DNA of 32,000 bases from an uncultured bacterium (GTDB lineage: Bacteria; GCA-001730085), in assembly GCA_964565945.1 (NCBI GenBank), contig CAZMGY010000015.1:1-32000 (forward strand), read 5' to 3'. Both the position numbers and the translations under genes were made by a program. Shown here in pieces: positions 9,115 through 18,508 of the stretch (its first letter is position 1; the number at the start of each line of letters is the position of its first letter). A model generated the notes under the pieces. That model searched no databases. It was not told where the DNA came from and saw only the letters and a program-made list of their open reading frames with translations.

Positions 9115-9588
9115 CTAAAGAGACGGTTTACGCAACTCTTGAAAAAAGTGACTGAGTAAATCACTGGCATCTTGTGCCAAAACGCCCGAAAAGATTTCGG
9201 CGGTGTGATTAAATCGTATGTCGGTCAAAGTGTTGCACAAACTGCCACAAGCTCCCTTTTTAGGATCATGCGCGGCAAAGACTATCCGAGGGATACGTGC
9301 CAGCTGAATCGCACCAGCGCACATAAAACAGGGCTCCAGAGTAGTGTATAAGGTACATTCGTTAAGACGCCACGAATCCAAAGCCTCCGACGCTTGAGTG
9401 ATAGCAATCATTTCGGCATGGGCTGTTGCATCACGCAGCTGTTCAACTTGATTATGAGCTCGACCAATAATTTTATTATCGTGAGTGATAATGCAACCAA
9501 TCGGCACTTCCTTGATCTCATAAGCTTTGACGGCCTCATTAAGCGCCAACTTCATAAAGTGAGTATCGAGATCTGCTTCGTGCAACAT
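9115..9588 (-). CDS. tadA: tRNA-specific adenosine(34) deaminase
   Basis: CDA-fold zinc motifs HAEMIAI and PCFMCAGA. 157 aa, the typical TadA size. SD AAGGA upstream. Confidence 0.9.
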   Translation of the reverse strand: MLHEADLDTHFMKLALNEAVKAYEIKEVPIGCIITHDNKIIGRAHNQVEQLRDATAHAEMIAITQASEALDSWRLNECTLYTTLEPCFMCAGAIQLARIPRIVFAAHDPKKGACGSLCNTLTDIRFNHTAEIFSGVLAQDASDLLSHFFQELRKPSL

Positions 9589-9608
9589 GCCCTATCCTTG
9601 AGAAATTT

Positions 9609-9683
9609 TACGCCCGGGAGGATTCGAACCTCCAAGCCTTCTAATCCGTAGTCAGACGATCTATCCAGTTGATCTACGGGCGC
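9609..9683 (-). tRNA. tRNA-Arg (anticodon ACG), CCA not encoded
   Basis: Manual cloverleaf on the minus strand: acceptor GCGCCCG/CGGGCGT, D arm GATC-AACTGGATA-GATC, anticodon arm TCTGA-CTACGGA-TTAGA (ACG at 34-36), T arm GGAGG-TTCGAAT-CCTCC. Closely resembles E. coli tRNA-Arg(ACG). Confidence 0.85.
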
Positions 9684-9698
9684 ATAATGAAGTCACCA

Positions 9699-9727
9699 AT
9701 TATAACGATTCCGAGTTTTGAGGTCAA
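9699..9727 (-). promoter_or_regulatory. Near-consensus sigma70 promoter driving tRNA-Arg (and probably tadA)
   Basis: Minus strand: TTGACC (9727-9722), exactly 17 nt, TATAAT (9704-9699). The tRNA 5' end lies 15 nt downstream of the -10. Confidence 0.7.
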
Positions 9728-9730
9728 GCC

Positions 9731-9771
9731 ATATAAACAAAAGCTCTTGGTTACGGTTAAGCAAGAGCTTT
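9731..9771 (-). terminator. Putative intrinsic terminator after tsaB
   Basis: Perfect 10-bp inverted repeat AAAGCTCTTG (9740-9749) / CAAGAGCTTT (9762-9771) with a 12-nt loop. On the minus strand it is followed by TGTTTATAT. Located about 110 nt after the tsaB stop. Confidence 0.5.
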
Positions 9772-9881
9772 GACCTTTAGCTTCCCTGTCTTAGTTGACA
9801 ACTCTGTTTCAAGGGCTGCCACATGACGCAAATAAAGTTCGATCATGGTTATCTCTTTGTGTTCTATCCAGCCTTTAATAA

Positions 9882-10544
9882 TTAGTAAGACGAAACCAAG
9901 TATAACGGTGTGCTGCTTGCGAGTTCTGGATTGGGATTGTGACTGTGCTGTTCCAGGGCTAAGTTGATAAGCTTAAGAGAGTCTAAGTGAAACATTTTTG
10001 TGTTCACTGTAATCCACGAGCTTTGAGCCAGATAGGAAGCTATTTCGTCTTCGAAGGCAAGACTGCCCGTTCCGATAATATAGCAATCTTGGTTAATTAA
10101 ACTTAAAGCTTCTTGGATGGGCAGATACAGGGGCTTGCAAAGAGTTTCTTTGCTTGTTCCAAAGAATTGAGCATACACATGACCATGACGCGCATCTATC
10201 AAGCAAAGAGTGGCTTTATCGCTTTGGGTTTGTGCTGCAAGACCTTTAAGAGCACTGAGACCATAACAAGGTTTCTGAGTGCTGTATGCTAGTGTGCGAA
10301 TCGCCATAAGTCCGATACGTATACCAGTGAAAGATCCTGGACCTCGAACAACGCCCCAAATGTCGATATCTATGGGCGACAATTGATGTGCTTGAAGAAG
10401 CTGTTCAATCGATGGAAGCAATTCTTGCGAATGAGCATTGGCCTGCTCGTTTACCTGCTGGATACGTTCCCCCGAAGTTAATTGCAGAGCAAGCTGTAGG
10501 TTGTGGGCATGGGTATCGGCAATCAAAAGAGTAGGTGAACTCAT
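9882..10544 (-). CDS. tsaB: tRNA t6A37 threonylcarbamoyltransferase complex dimerisation subunit
   Basis: 220 aa. GPGSFTGIRIG motif typical of TsaB (YeaZ). Directly downstream of tsaE. Confidence 0.85.
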   Translation of the reverse strand: MSSPTLLIADTHAHNLQLALQLTSGERIQQVNEQANAHSQELLPSIEQLLQAHQLSPIDIDIWGVVRGPGSFTGIRIGLMAIRTLAYSTQKPCYGLSALKGLAAQTQSDKATLCLIDARHGHVYAQFFGTSKETLCKPLYLPIQEALSLINQDCYIIGTGSLAFEDEIASYLAQSSWITVNTKMFHLDSLKLINLALEQHSHNPNPELASSTPLYLVSSY

Positions 10545-10546
10545 AG

Positions 10547-11017
10547 TTAAAACTCCATTGTTTTTAAAATGTCTTGACCGCGCTCAGAATAGGCCTCGAA
10601 GCGTATCAAACGTGTATTTTCACTGTGATATTCGAGGATAACGTCGATATCACGTTGAACCTTTTGATCAAATTTATTGGCCCATTCAATGAGAAATATA
10701 CCTTCTTGGTTCAAATAATCGTCCATGCCAAGGTTATACAGTTCGCTGGCATTTTCTAGGCGATAAAGATCGAAGTGATAGATCGAAAGCGGGCCAGGGT
10801 AAATGTTAACCAAGGTGAATGTCGGACTACTGACTTGGTAGGCCAGATCTGTTTGAATATGTTCCGCTATGCCTCGCGAAAAGCAAGTCTTGCCTGCACC
10901 TAAGTCTCCAATAAGCCCCACAATATCCTTATTTTTAAGATGTTGAGCCAAAAACTGGGCGATGTGTTCTGTTTCGTGGTCATTATGACTGAGAATGATG
11001 TGAGAGTTCATGAGCAC
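10547..11017 (-). CDS. tsaE: tRNA t6A37 threonylcarbamoyltransferase complex ATPase subunit
   Basis: 156 aa. Walker A GDLGAGKT, followed by SPTF.L...Y and HFDLYRL, typical of TsaE (YjeE). Confidence 0.85.
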   Translation of the reverse strand: MLMNSHIILSHNDHETEHIAQFLAQHLKNKDIVGLIGDLGAGKTCFSRGIAEHIQTDLAYQVSSPTFTLVNIYPGPLSIYHFDLYRLENASELYNLGMDDYLNQEGIFLIEWANKFDQKVQRDIDVILEYHSENTRLIRFEAYSERGQDILKTMEF

Positions 11018-11777
11018 GTAAATCCATTAAAACGCGGTTGCCATACAAAATCATAACCACAACACGAGCTATAAAAGCTGCGAAAGTGGCCAGACCCACC
11101 CACTGCATAACAAAAGAAACAAGCAGTGCGGGGAAGAGGCTGAGTAAGCTTATTATTACCAGTTTGGAATATCTTATATCGAGCTTATAGAAGCGAGCTC
11201 TAAGATAGAAACAGAATCCAATAAGCAAAATGAGCCCCAAGTTGATGGCTAAGCTGGTGGAGGCAATTATACCTGCGAACAAAGGAAAGGTTATGGCGTA
11301 AATGATTGGGCGCCACTCCTCGAGTTTTGTGTTGTCGACGGTGAACGGCCCAATAAGTTCACTAATTTTACGTGCATCAAACCACGTTTTGCGACGAAAG
11401 TCTTTCTTGAACAAGATGCTATCTCGTTTGACAAGGAGCCCCGAAGGAACGTCTGGGCCTAGATCTTGAATAGCTCCTGTAGTGTCGACCACAATTCTAA
11501 AATGATTCACATTGGGCGAAACGTAGGGTTGGTTGAGTGATGAGCTAATTTCCCCGTCTTGGATAACGAAGGTCGGAAAGTCATCGTTGAAATAAGAGCG
11601 AGAGAGGTTTAGCAAATCATCGACAGACCCCATACCATCAAGTCCATAAACGGCAAATGCGTAGAAAAAGACACTGCCGATGAACAAACGAAACAAACGA
11701 AACAAGGATAATTGTTCGCAGTTCCTATAAAAGTTCAAATTAAGAATCAGACTGTCTTTAAAATTTTTTATAAGCAC
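10983..11777 (-). CDS. Polytopic membrane protein of unknown function
   Basis: 264-aa ORF with one N-terminal and about four C-terminal hydrophobic helices (e.g. IIYAITFPLFAGIIASTSLAINLGLILLIGFCFYL). Overlaps the pyrG stop and the tsaE start, so it is operonic. No recognisable catalytic motif. Confidence 0.55.
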   Translation of the reverse strand: MLIKNFKDSLILNLNFYRNCEQLSLFRLFRLFIGSVFFYAFAVYGLDGMGSVDDLLNLSRSYFNDDFPTFVIQDGEISSSLNQPYVSPNVNHFRIVVDTTGAIQDLGPDVPSGLLVKRDSILFKKDFRRKTWFDARKISELIGPFTVDNTKLEEWRPIIYAITFPLFAGIIASTSLAINLGLILLIGFCFYLRARFYKLDIRYSKLVIISLLSLFPALLVSFVMQWVGLATFAAFIARVVVMILYGNRVLMDLRAHELSHHSQS

Positions 11778-13402
11778 AAACGTGTCTCCTTAGGATATTG
11801 TTCTGCGGCTGCTGCAATGAAACCATGAAACAAAGGATGCGCCGCGATAGGTTGTGATTGAAATTCAGGATGAAATTGAACCCCGACAAACCAGGGGTGT
11901 TCGGGAAGCTCAATAATTTCGACCAAATGACGCTCTGGATGGGTTCCTGCAATGAACAAGCCCTTTTGAGTTAAGGCATCCAAGTAGTGGTTGTTAAATT
12001 CATAACGGTGACGATGGCGTTCCTTAATCATATCTTTCTGGTAAGCTTGATAAGATAAACTTTGGGGATCCAATTGGCATGGGTACGACCCCAAACGCAT
12101 GGTTCCACCCATACTGGTCACTTGGTTTTGTTCATTCATAAGCGCAATCAAGGGCTCCGCTGTTGTTGGGTCAAATTCCATGCTATTGGCTTTTTCAAGA
12201 CCACATACATTGCGGGCAAATTCGATGACCGCACATTGCATCCCCAGACATACGCCTAAGAAAGGAATGTTATTTTCTCGGGCATAGCGAATGGCCGTGA
12301 TTTTACCTGGAATGCCTCGGTCACCAAAACCGCCTGGAACGAGAAGACCTTGGATATTATTTAACTTTTGGTGAACATTCGATTCTTGAATGTCTTCGGA
12401 ATCGATGCGAAGGATGTCGATCTGAGCTTTGTTAGAAAATCCTGCATGCACGAGAGATTCATAGATACTTTTATAGGCATCCTGGAGATCGATATACTTG
12501 CCAACCACTGCAATATGACAGGTTTGTTCCAGTTTTTTTATGTTATCGAGCATGGCGAGCCACTTGTATTCTAATTCTTTATTACGTTCTTTAGGATTTA
12601 ATTTAAATTTGTCTAGAATAATGCTGTCGAGCCGTTCTGATTTAAGGTAAAGAGGAAGCTCGTAAATGGAGTCGCTTACGTCGATTTCTTCAATGACTGA
12701 CTCTTGGTCAACATTGCAGAAGAGAGAAATTTTGTCTTTGATATCTTTGGTGAGCTTTTTTTCGGTCCGACAAATAATAATATCGGGCTGAATACCAATT
12801 TCCCGGAGTCTTTCGACACTGTGTTGGGTTGGCTTTGTTTTAAGTTCACCTGCAGCTTTAATATAGGGAATAAGTGTAACATGCATATACAAACAGTTCT
12901 CACGTGCCACATCGTTACGTAGTTGGCGAATGGATTCCAAGAAGGGTAATCCTTCAATGTCACCCACCGTTCCGCCGATTTCGACGATCACAAAATCAAT
13001 TGAAGAGTCGTCTTCAAAGGAACGGATTCGCTTATTGATTTCATTGGTAACATGAGGAATTACTTGAACAGTTTCACCTAAAAAATCTCCGCGTCGTTCC
13101 TGAGAAAGAACCGTGTGGTAAACGCTTCCAGCTGTAATGTTGTTTTTTTGTGACAAATCTTCGGACGTGAAGCGTTCGTAATGTCCCAAGTCAAGGTCTG
13201 TTTCGGCACCGTCATTGGTAACATAAACTTCTCCATGTTGAAAAGGGCTCATTGTGCCTGGGTCAATATTGAGGTAAGGGTCGACTTTAAGCAAAGCTAC
13301 CTTGAAACCATCTACTTCGAGAAGATGACCAACAGAAGCTGCCGTTAAACCTTTACCTAGAGATGAAACAACGCCTCCTGTAATAAAAATATATTTAGGC
13401 AT
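11768..13402 (-). CDS. pyrG: CTP synthase
   Basis: 544 aa. N-terminus MPKYIFITGGVVSSLGKG. GATase domain with GVCLGMQ and the HRHRYEFN region. Confidence 0.97.
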   Translation of the reverse strand: MPKYIFITGGVVSSLGKGLTAASVGHLLEVDGFKVALLKVDPYLNIDPGTMSPFQHGEVYVTNDGAETDLDLGHYERFTSEDLSQKNNITAGSVYHTVLSQERRGDFLGETVQVIPHVTNEINKRIRSFEDDSSIDFVIVEIGGTVGDIEGLPFLESIRQLRNDVARENCLYMHVTLIPYIKAAGELKTKPTQHSVERLREIGIQPDIIICRTEKKLTKDIKDKISLFCNVDQESVIEEIDVSDSIYELPLYLKSERLDSIILDKFKLNPKERNKELEYKWLAMLDNIKKLEQTCHIAVVGKYIDLQDAYKSIYESLVHAGFSNKAQIDILRIDSEDIQESNVHQKLNNIQGLLVPGGFGDRGIPGKITAIRYARENNIPFLGVCLGMQCAVIEFARNVCGLEKANSMEFDPTTAEPLIALMNEQNQVTSMGGTMRLGSYPCQLDPQSLSYQAYQKDMIKERHRHRYEFNNHYLDALTQKGLFIAGTHPERHLVEIIELPEHPWFVGVQFHPEFQSQPIAAHPLFHGFIAAAAEQYPKETRLCL

Positions 13403-14132
13403 GGCCAGTGTTCCTCTCTGATAATATTTTTTGAGCTGCTAGTAGGTCGTCTTGAGTGTCTATCCCTAAACAGACTTCTTCGCAGAGTGTAACATGAATC
13501 GAGATTCCTTGCTCAAGGGCACGTAACTGTTCGAGTTGTTCGACTTGTTCAAGTAAAGAGGGTGGCCAAGATACGAAATCGAGTAAAAAATCTTTGCGGT
13601 AAGCATACACTCCAATGTGTTTGTAGTATTGAAGTGTTTGATAGGTGTTATATTTGTACGGAATAACTGAACGAGAAAAATAGAGTGCGCGTCCCTGATG
13701 ATCAAATGTGACTTTAACGTTGTGTGGGGACTGCGCATCTTCTTCGGACATGGGATGTGCCAGGGTGGCCATAGGATACATAGGGTTTTGGCATGCCGCA
13801 ATCAGTTCCGAAAGATACTGCGTTGGAAGAAAGGGTTCATCACCTTGGATGTTCACGATCACATCTCCCTCGATGCACAAGACTGCTTCTGCGATGCGGT
13901 CGGTGCCCGAAGGATGATCTCGGGATGTTAAAACGGCCTGTCCTCCAAATTGTTCAACAACGGATTTGATTTCGTTGGAATCGGTGGCGACAATGATTGC
14001 GTCTAACGCAGTGCATTTCTGAGCATTTTCGAAGGTGTGCTGAATAAGCGGCTTGCCTTTAAGCTCGATGAGCATTTTTTCAGCTAATCTTGTTGATAAG
14101 AGACGTGCAGGAATCACACCAATTGTTTGCAT
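13395..14132 (-). CDS. kdsB: 3-deoxy-manno-octulosonate cytidylyltransferase (CMP-Kdo synthetase)
   Basis: 245 aa. VIPAR..S.R...K.L..L.GKPLIQH, VATD, GTDR and NIQGDEP motifs. Confidence 0.92.
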   Translation of the reverse strand: MQTIGVIPARLLSTRLAEKMLIELKGKPLIQHTFENAQKCTALDAIIVATDSNEIKSVVEQFGGQAVLTSRDHPSGTDRIAEAVLCIEGDVIVNIQGDEPFLPTQYLSELIAACQNPMYPMATLAHPMSEEDAQSPHNVKVTFDHQGRALYFSRSVIPYKYNTYQTLQYYKHIGVYAYRKDFLLDFVSWPPSLLEQVEQLEQLRALEQGISIHVTLCEEVCLGIDTQDDLLAAQKILSERNTGHA

Positions 14133-15109
14133 AGTGTTGCCTTGAGTTCATCGATTGTCACTGCCGCAACGCCAACTTTGCCAACAACAACTCCACCAGC
14201 AATGTTAGATAAATAAGTGGCTTCTTCCAACGAAGATCCTGCCCCAAGCGCTAAAGCAAAAGTAGCGATCACGGTATCACCAGCTCCAGAGACATCAAAA
14301 ACTTCTTGGGCTACGGTGGGTATATGTAAAGGCGCTTTATCCTTTTGAAATAAGGACATACCGTGCTCTCCTCGCGTGAGGAGGACAGCTTTGCAGTTAA
14401 TTTTTTTTAAAAGGGCTTCTCCGCATTGGCAAAGAGACAGGTTATCTTTGATTGTGATTCCCGTTACTTTTTCGGCTTCGTGATGATTCGGAGTGATCAC
14501 ATCGACATTGGCATAATAGTCGAAGTATTTCTCTTTAGGATCGACGGCAATCAGCACATTGTGTTTATGCGCTTCCCGAACAATATTTTGAATCAATTGG
14601 GGTGTAATGAGACCCTTGCCATAATCTTCGATGATAACGATGTTAATCGAAGGCATAAGGGCGACAACTTGTTCCATTAATTTGTCGTGCTGTTCTTCTG
14701 TGATATCGTCTTTGACTTCGCGGTCGATACGAACCACTTGCTGGTTATAAGCGATCACACGGTCTTTGACTGTTGTGATACGTTGCTCGTCTTCAATGAT
14801 TCCTGAACAGTCTGTTTGAGATTCTTGGATCTTTTGGATCAGTTGTTTGCTATATTCATCTTTTCCAACGACACCGCACAAATAAGGTTTGCCTGTTAAG
14901 CTAGCAATGTTATTGCTCACGTTGGCAGCTCCGCCTGGCATTGCTGATTCTCGTTGCACTTCGACAATGGGCACAGGTGCTTCGGGAGAAATGCGCTGGA
15001 CACTTCCCCAAAAAAAGCGATCAAGCATGAGATCACCAATGATAAGGACTCGCACCTGGGAGAATTGTTCTAGAGTTTTTGAAAATGAATAACTATCATT
15101 GTTTAACAT
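14114..15109 (-). CDS. hldA: D-beta-D-heptose 7-phosphate kinase (RfaE domain I only; PfkB family)
   Basis: VLIIGDLMLDRF..G...RISPEAPVP, GGAANV and the C-terminal DVSGAGDT. Start set at ATG 15109 (MLNNDSYSF...). The upstream 79 codons of the ORF look non-coding. No adenylyltransferase domain is present. Confidence 0.85.
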   Translation of the reverse strand: MLNNDSYSFSKTLEQFSQVRVLIIGDLMLDRFFWGSVQRISPEAPVPIVEVQRESAMPGGAANVSNNIASLTGKPYLCGVVGKDEYSKQLIQKIQESQTDCSGIIEDEQRITTVKDRVIAYNQQVVRIDREVKDDITEEQHDKLMEQVVALMPSINIVIIEDYGKGLITPQLIQNIVREAHKHNVLIAVDPKEKYFDYYANVDVITPNHHEAEKVTGITIKDNLSLCQCGEALLKKINCKAVLLTRGEHGMSLFQKDKAPLHIPTVAQEVFDVSGAGDTVIATFALALGAGSSLEEATYLSNIAGGVVVGKVGVAAVTIDELKATLCKQLV

Positions 15110-15425
15110 ATGATTAATCCTATTATTTAGTATCAAACAATAAAAGTATGATTGTATCAAAAATTTAGCGTTTTGACCAGTTCTTTCCATGGCGTATTCT
15201 TGATGCTCCGAGGGCGAATGTCGTGAAATTTCGTGGATAAGATGTATCCCAATCAGTCGAGCCCTGAAAATCGAAAATCCGCAAGCTGAAAAAAAATAAT
15301 GACAAATAATGATTAAAAGAGAAGATGGGGAGTATATGCTCCACATGTTCGAGAATGGTCTAAAATTAAGAGTGCTCCAACTAAAACAATGAGGATTTCG
15401 TTGTTTTTGCTGGTGATATCTCCAT

Positions 15426-16004
15426 TCATGAGGAAGGTTCCTTATTTTGAGATTGTGAAGACAACAGGTTCACCAAAATGTGAAGGGTCATTGTTCCATA
15501 AAATCCTCTAGGATGTTTGTTTTCGATGTCAAGCAAATGAATGTGAATGTCAAAAGAACTTGTTTCGATGGCTTTGATCATATCGATAAAAACAGGAGTT
15601 TCACAGAGAAATTCAATGTCTAAAAAGATAATGGATTGCATTTTATTCTGGCTTTTCTCTTGGTGAAAGGTGTAATTCATTAAGATATTAGGTTCGGTAT
15701 CGCCTAAAAACTTTTGGAGAAGTTCTAAGATAATCCGATGGGACTCTTCGACCTGACTAACTTTTAGAGCCTTGCTCTCTTGTTTGTTGAGGAGCGCTTT
15801 AAGTTTTTTAAGATCCTTGGCATAGCGTGCTTTATTTATAAATAGGTCTTCGTATTTTTGCAAGGATTTTCTAGTTTTTTTGAGTGAAGCTAAACTGGGA
15901 TCTTGTTGCGAGTATTTAAAATTTATTAAAGACAAAGAGCCAATCCCTATAAAAATTGCCAAAGGAAGGAGTATTTGTGAATTTAGATATTTACTTTTGT
16001 CCAC
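15426..16004 (-). CDS. T2SS assembly protein, GspM/PilO-like (bitopic)
   Basis: Last gene of the gsp module. Single TM helix (ILLPLAIFIGIGSLSLI), then a coiled-coil and a small domain. Start proposed at GTG 16004, preceded by GGGAGAAG and overlapping the upstream stop by 14 bp. The ATG at 16148 would overlap the upstream gene by 158 bp. Confidence 0.5.
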   Translation of the reverse strand: MDKSKYLNSQILLPLAIFIGIGSLSLINFKYSQQDPSLASLKKTRKSLQKYEDLFINKARYAKDLKKLKALLNKQESKALKVSQVEESHRIILELLQKFLGDTEPNILMNYTFHQEKSQNKMQSIIFLDIEFLCETPVFIDMIKAIETSSFDIHIHLLDIENKHPRGFYGTMTLHILVNLLSSQSQNKEPSS

Positions 16005-17442
16005 GAGCTTCTCCCTGCAAATATGAAAAATAGAACTTAGCTTGAAAACCAATATGATCTGGATATTCTTGTTTGATTTGAGATAGTTTCGAAATTTGTA
16101 AGGATTTGATATTGTAACATAAATCAAGTCCTTGACTGACATCTGCAACGCTTTGCGTTAAGCCTTCGAGCGTTATTTTTCCCGTTACGTCTTTAGAGAG
16201 ATGTGTTAGGTAGGTATGTGCGGGAAGGTGTCTGTTTAAATTACTGAGCAATGAAAGCAAGAAAGGTTGTTTCTTGAACGAAGAAGTGATTTTATGGATG
16301 GACTTGAGCTCTTTTTTTAACTTCTTTTGCAAAGATTTGGTCTTTTGGGCACCCTGACGGATTTCGCTGATCCTTTGTTTAAGCGGTTTTAAAAGAGAGA
16401 CGAGTTGGTGAGGTTTAAACGTCAAACCGAGCTGACATAGAAAAATACCGCCCAACAATGCGGACACATGAGGTTGGTATTTTTGAAAAGAAAGAGGGCC
16501 TTGAGACTCTGATTTTAGATCCAGATAAGGATACTGTTTCAAAATAGATATGGCGTGTCCAAAGGCAAGAATATACTCTCGTTCAATGGTATGCTCAACA
16601 GAAACATTTTGCATTTGTAAATTTTTGCAAAGATACTCAAGAATGAGGTCGGGGATATCCTTAATACTGTGGATTTTAAGGAAGCTAGGACGTGATCCAG
16701 ATTGAATGGTTTGGAAGTAAGTAATTGCACTTTCCATTTCATCGAAAATAATGTCCCATTCCGCACTAGGACCTTGATGTTCGTGAATGCTACTAAAGTT
16801 TGGATGTCCTGTGAGGGACTTTGAAAAACGTAGCAAGCCTTTATCTAAAATATTAATGTGGATCTCGTTTGGATTGCTTAGGTCGATTAAAAGAACTGTT
16901 TCAGTTTGAAATGTTTCGGAATGATAAATGTAGTAAGCAGAAATAGCGCATACTTTAAGGCTAACAAGAGGCTTTTTAAGTCCCCAGCTTTTGAGTTGTG
17001 CACGGTGTTTTTGCAAGCTTTCTTTTTTGGTTAAACCCAAAAGGATATGGAGGTGATGAGGGTTCATCTCTTTAAGTAAAGAAAAGTCGTAAACAATATC
17101 GTCCTTGTTGAAGGGAATGTGGTTTTCTATTTCGAACGATAAGGCTTGTTCTACAAGCTTGTGTTCCATGGGAGGCAGTTTAATTTCTTTGATAAGAACC
17201 TTCTCTAAAGGAGCAATGGTTCGAATATTCTGATTCGAAATACCGCATCGTTTAAGCAGTGCTGTAACTTTTTGACTAATTTCCGAAGAACTAGGATTAT
17301 CGGTTAAATATTCGATGCCATAGCTTGCAATTTTTAGATTAGGGCCTTGAATATGGCATTTAAGAGCACATATAAAGTGCTTCTCAATGGTTAAGCAGCC
17401 GACTGAGCTTAAATTAAAATTGATAAGTACCTTTTTAATCAT
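15991..17442 (-). CDS. gspL: T2SS GspL-like protein with PilM-like cytoplasmic domain, TM segment and PilN-like periplasmic tail
   Basis: 483 aa in the gspL position (after gspK). N-terminal pattern (...VLIKEIKLPPMEHKLVEQALSFEIENHIPF..DDIVYDF) matches the PilM/GspL actin-like fold. One TM (ALLGGIFLCQLGLTF) near residue 340. Confidence 0.6.
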   Translation of the reverse strand: MIKKVLINFNLSSVGCLTIEKHFICALKCHIQGPNLKIASYGIEYLTDNPSSSEISQKVTALLKRCGISNQNIRTIAPLEKVLIKEIKLPPMEHKLVEQALSFEIENHIPFNKDDIVYDFSLLKEMNPHHLHILLGLTKKESLQKHRAQLKSWGLKKPLVSLKVCAISAYYIYHSETFQTETVLLIDLSNPNEIHINILDKGLLRFSKSLTGHPNFSSIHEHQGPSAEWDIIFDEMESAITYFQTIQSGSRPSFLKIHSIKDIPDLILEYLCKNLQMQNVSVEHTIEREYILAFGHAISILKQYPYLDLKSESQGPLSFQKYQPHVSALLGGIFLCQLGLTFKPHQLVSLLKPLKQRISEIRQGAQKTKSLQKKLKKELKSIHKITSSFKKQPFLLSLLSNLNRHLPAHTYLTHLSKDVTGKITLEGLTQSVADVSQGLDLCYNIKSLQISKLSQIKQEYPDHIGFQAKFYFSYLQGEARGQK

Positions 17443-18508
17443 ATGTCACAGTGACCCAGCAGATAACCCTCAATTGCGCTTCTTCCTCAGAAAGAAACGT
17501 TTTGTGGACCACAGCTTCGGTGCGAAGCAATGTTGTTGTACGATCCGCTGTTTGTAACGTTGAGATAATTTTATAAAAAGATGTGCGAAAAGACAAATGT
17601 TTCTCCAGAGCTTTGAGCGCTTCTTGGCTCAATGTGAGTTGTCCAGTGTCTTCTAGTTCTTTAAGATGAACGATAGGTCTCTCTTCGCGTAAAGAAAGGA
17701 GTGTTTGAATTTCGCTTGACGAAAAACCTAAGAAAGGAAGAACAATGTTGAGGACTTCTTCGGGGGCCGTGTTGATATTAATAATGGATTTGGTCTTTAA
17801 ATATTTTTGTGAGAGATTGATTAATTTTTCGTTTTGAGTCGAAGCGATATCATCAAGCTCAAAAGTTTGGCGAAATGAGCTTTGATTTTTTTCGATATCA
17901 CTATTGCGCTGCTCGTTCAATAAATCAGATAAAGATGCAGTGACTTTTTGGATATCTTCTTGAGAGACATTTTTGTAGGCTAAAAAGCGTGCAATTTGCT
18001 TGGGTTTAGAAAGATTTAAACTCGGATCTCCATATGTGGTTAGGTAACGACTCCATGCTTTGGTTCTATATTGAGGATCTATTTCGGAAAGGTGACTCAC
18101 AAACATATCTTGGTTATGGATTTTTTGGATAGAAGAGAGTGTTTTGCCATTGATATCAGGGATACGTTCAATCCATTCTGAGGGATGAACATTGACGTTA
18201 ATCAGGCTACCAACATCTTCAATGGTGAGAGTATTGATCAGTTGCTGATTTTGATAAATGATCGTATCTTCTGGGTCCCTTTCTGAGGGGTGATCGTAAA
18301 GGTTGGTATCTTGTTTGATTTTGGCCATTGTGAGTAAAAGGCCATTTTTGACATATTGCTTATAGATAAGCGTTTGTTTGAGCTGTTGAAGAGATTTTCG
18401 ATTGGTGCGAAAATGAAAGGACAAGGTGGTGCCCATAATCATGAGTGCGATAACTGCCCATAAAACAAAAATAAGAGTGAACCCGTGAGGCTTAGATAAT
18501 TTGATCAT
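17435..18508 (-). CDS. gspK: T2SS minor pseudopilin GspK
   Basis: Prepilin-like N-terminus KPHGFTLIFVLWAVIAL lacking Glu+5, as in GspK. Size about 357 aa. NINTAPEEVL helix-hairpin-helix motif. Start set at ATG 18508. Confidence 0.8.
   Translation of the reverse strand: MIKLSKPHGFTLIFVLWAVIALMIMGTTLSFHFRTNRKSLQQLKQTLIYKQYVKNGLLLTMAKIKQDTNLYDHPSERDPEDTIIYQNQQLINTLTIEDVGSLINVNVHPSEWIERIPDINGKTLSSIQKIHNQDMFVSHLSEIDPQYRTKAWSRYLTTYGDPSLNLSKPKQIARFLAYKNVSQEDIQKVTASLSDLLNEQRNSDIEKNQSSFRQTFELDDIASTQNEKLINLSQKYLKTKSIININTAPEEVLNIVLPFLGFSSSEIQTLLSLREERPIVHLKELEDTGQLTLSQEALKALEKHLSFRTSFYKIISTLQTADRTTTLLRTEAVVHKTFLSEEEAQLRVICWVTVTYD

Noticed and set aside
15110-15346. 79-codon N-terminal extension of the heptose kinase ORF
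   Set aside because: The extension has no similarity to RfaE/PfkB N-termini and an implausible Cys/Phe/Ile-rich sequence. The conserved kinase N-terminus starts just after the Met at 15109.
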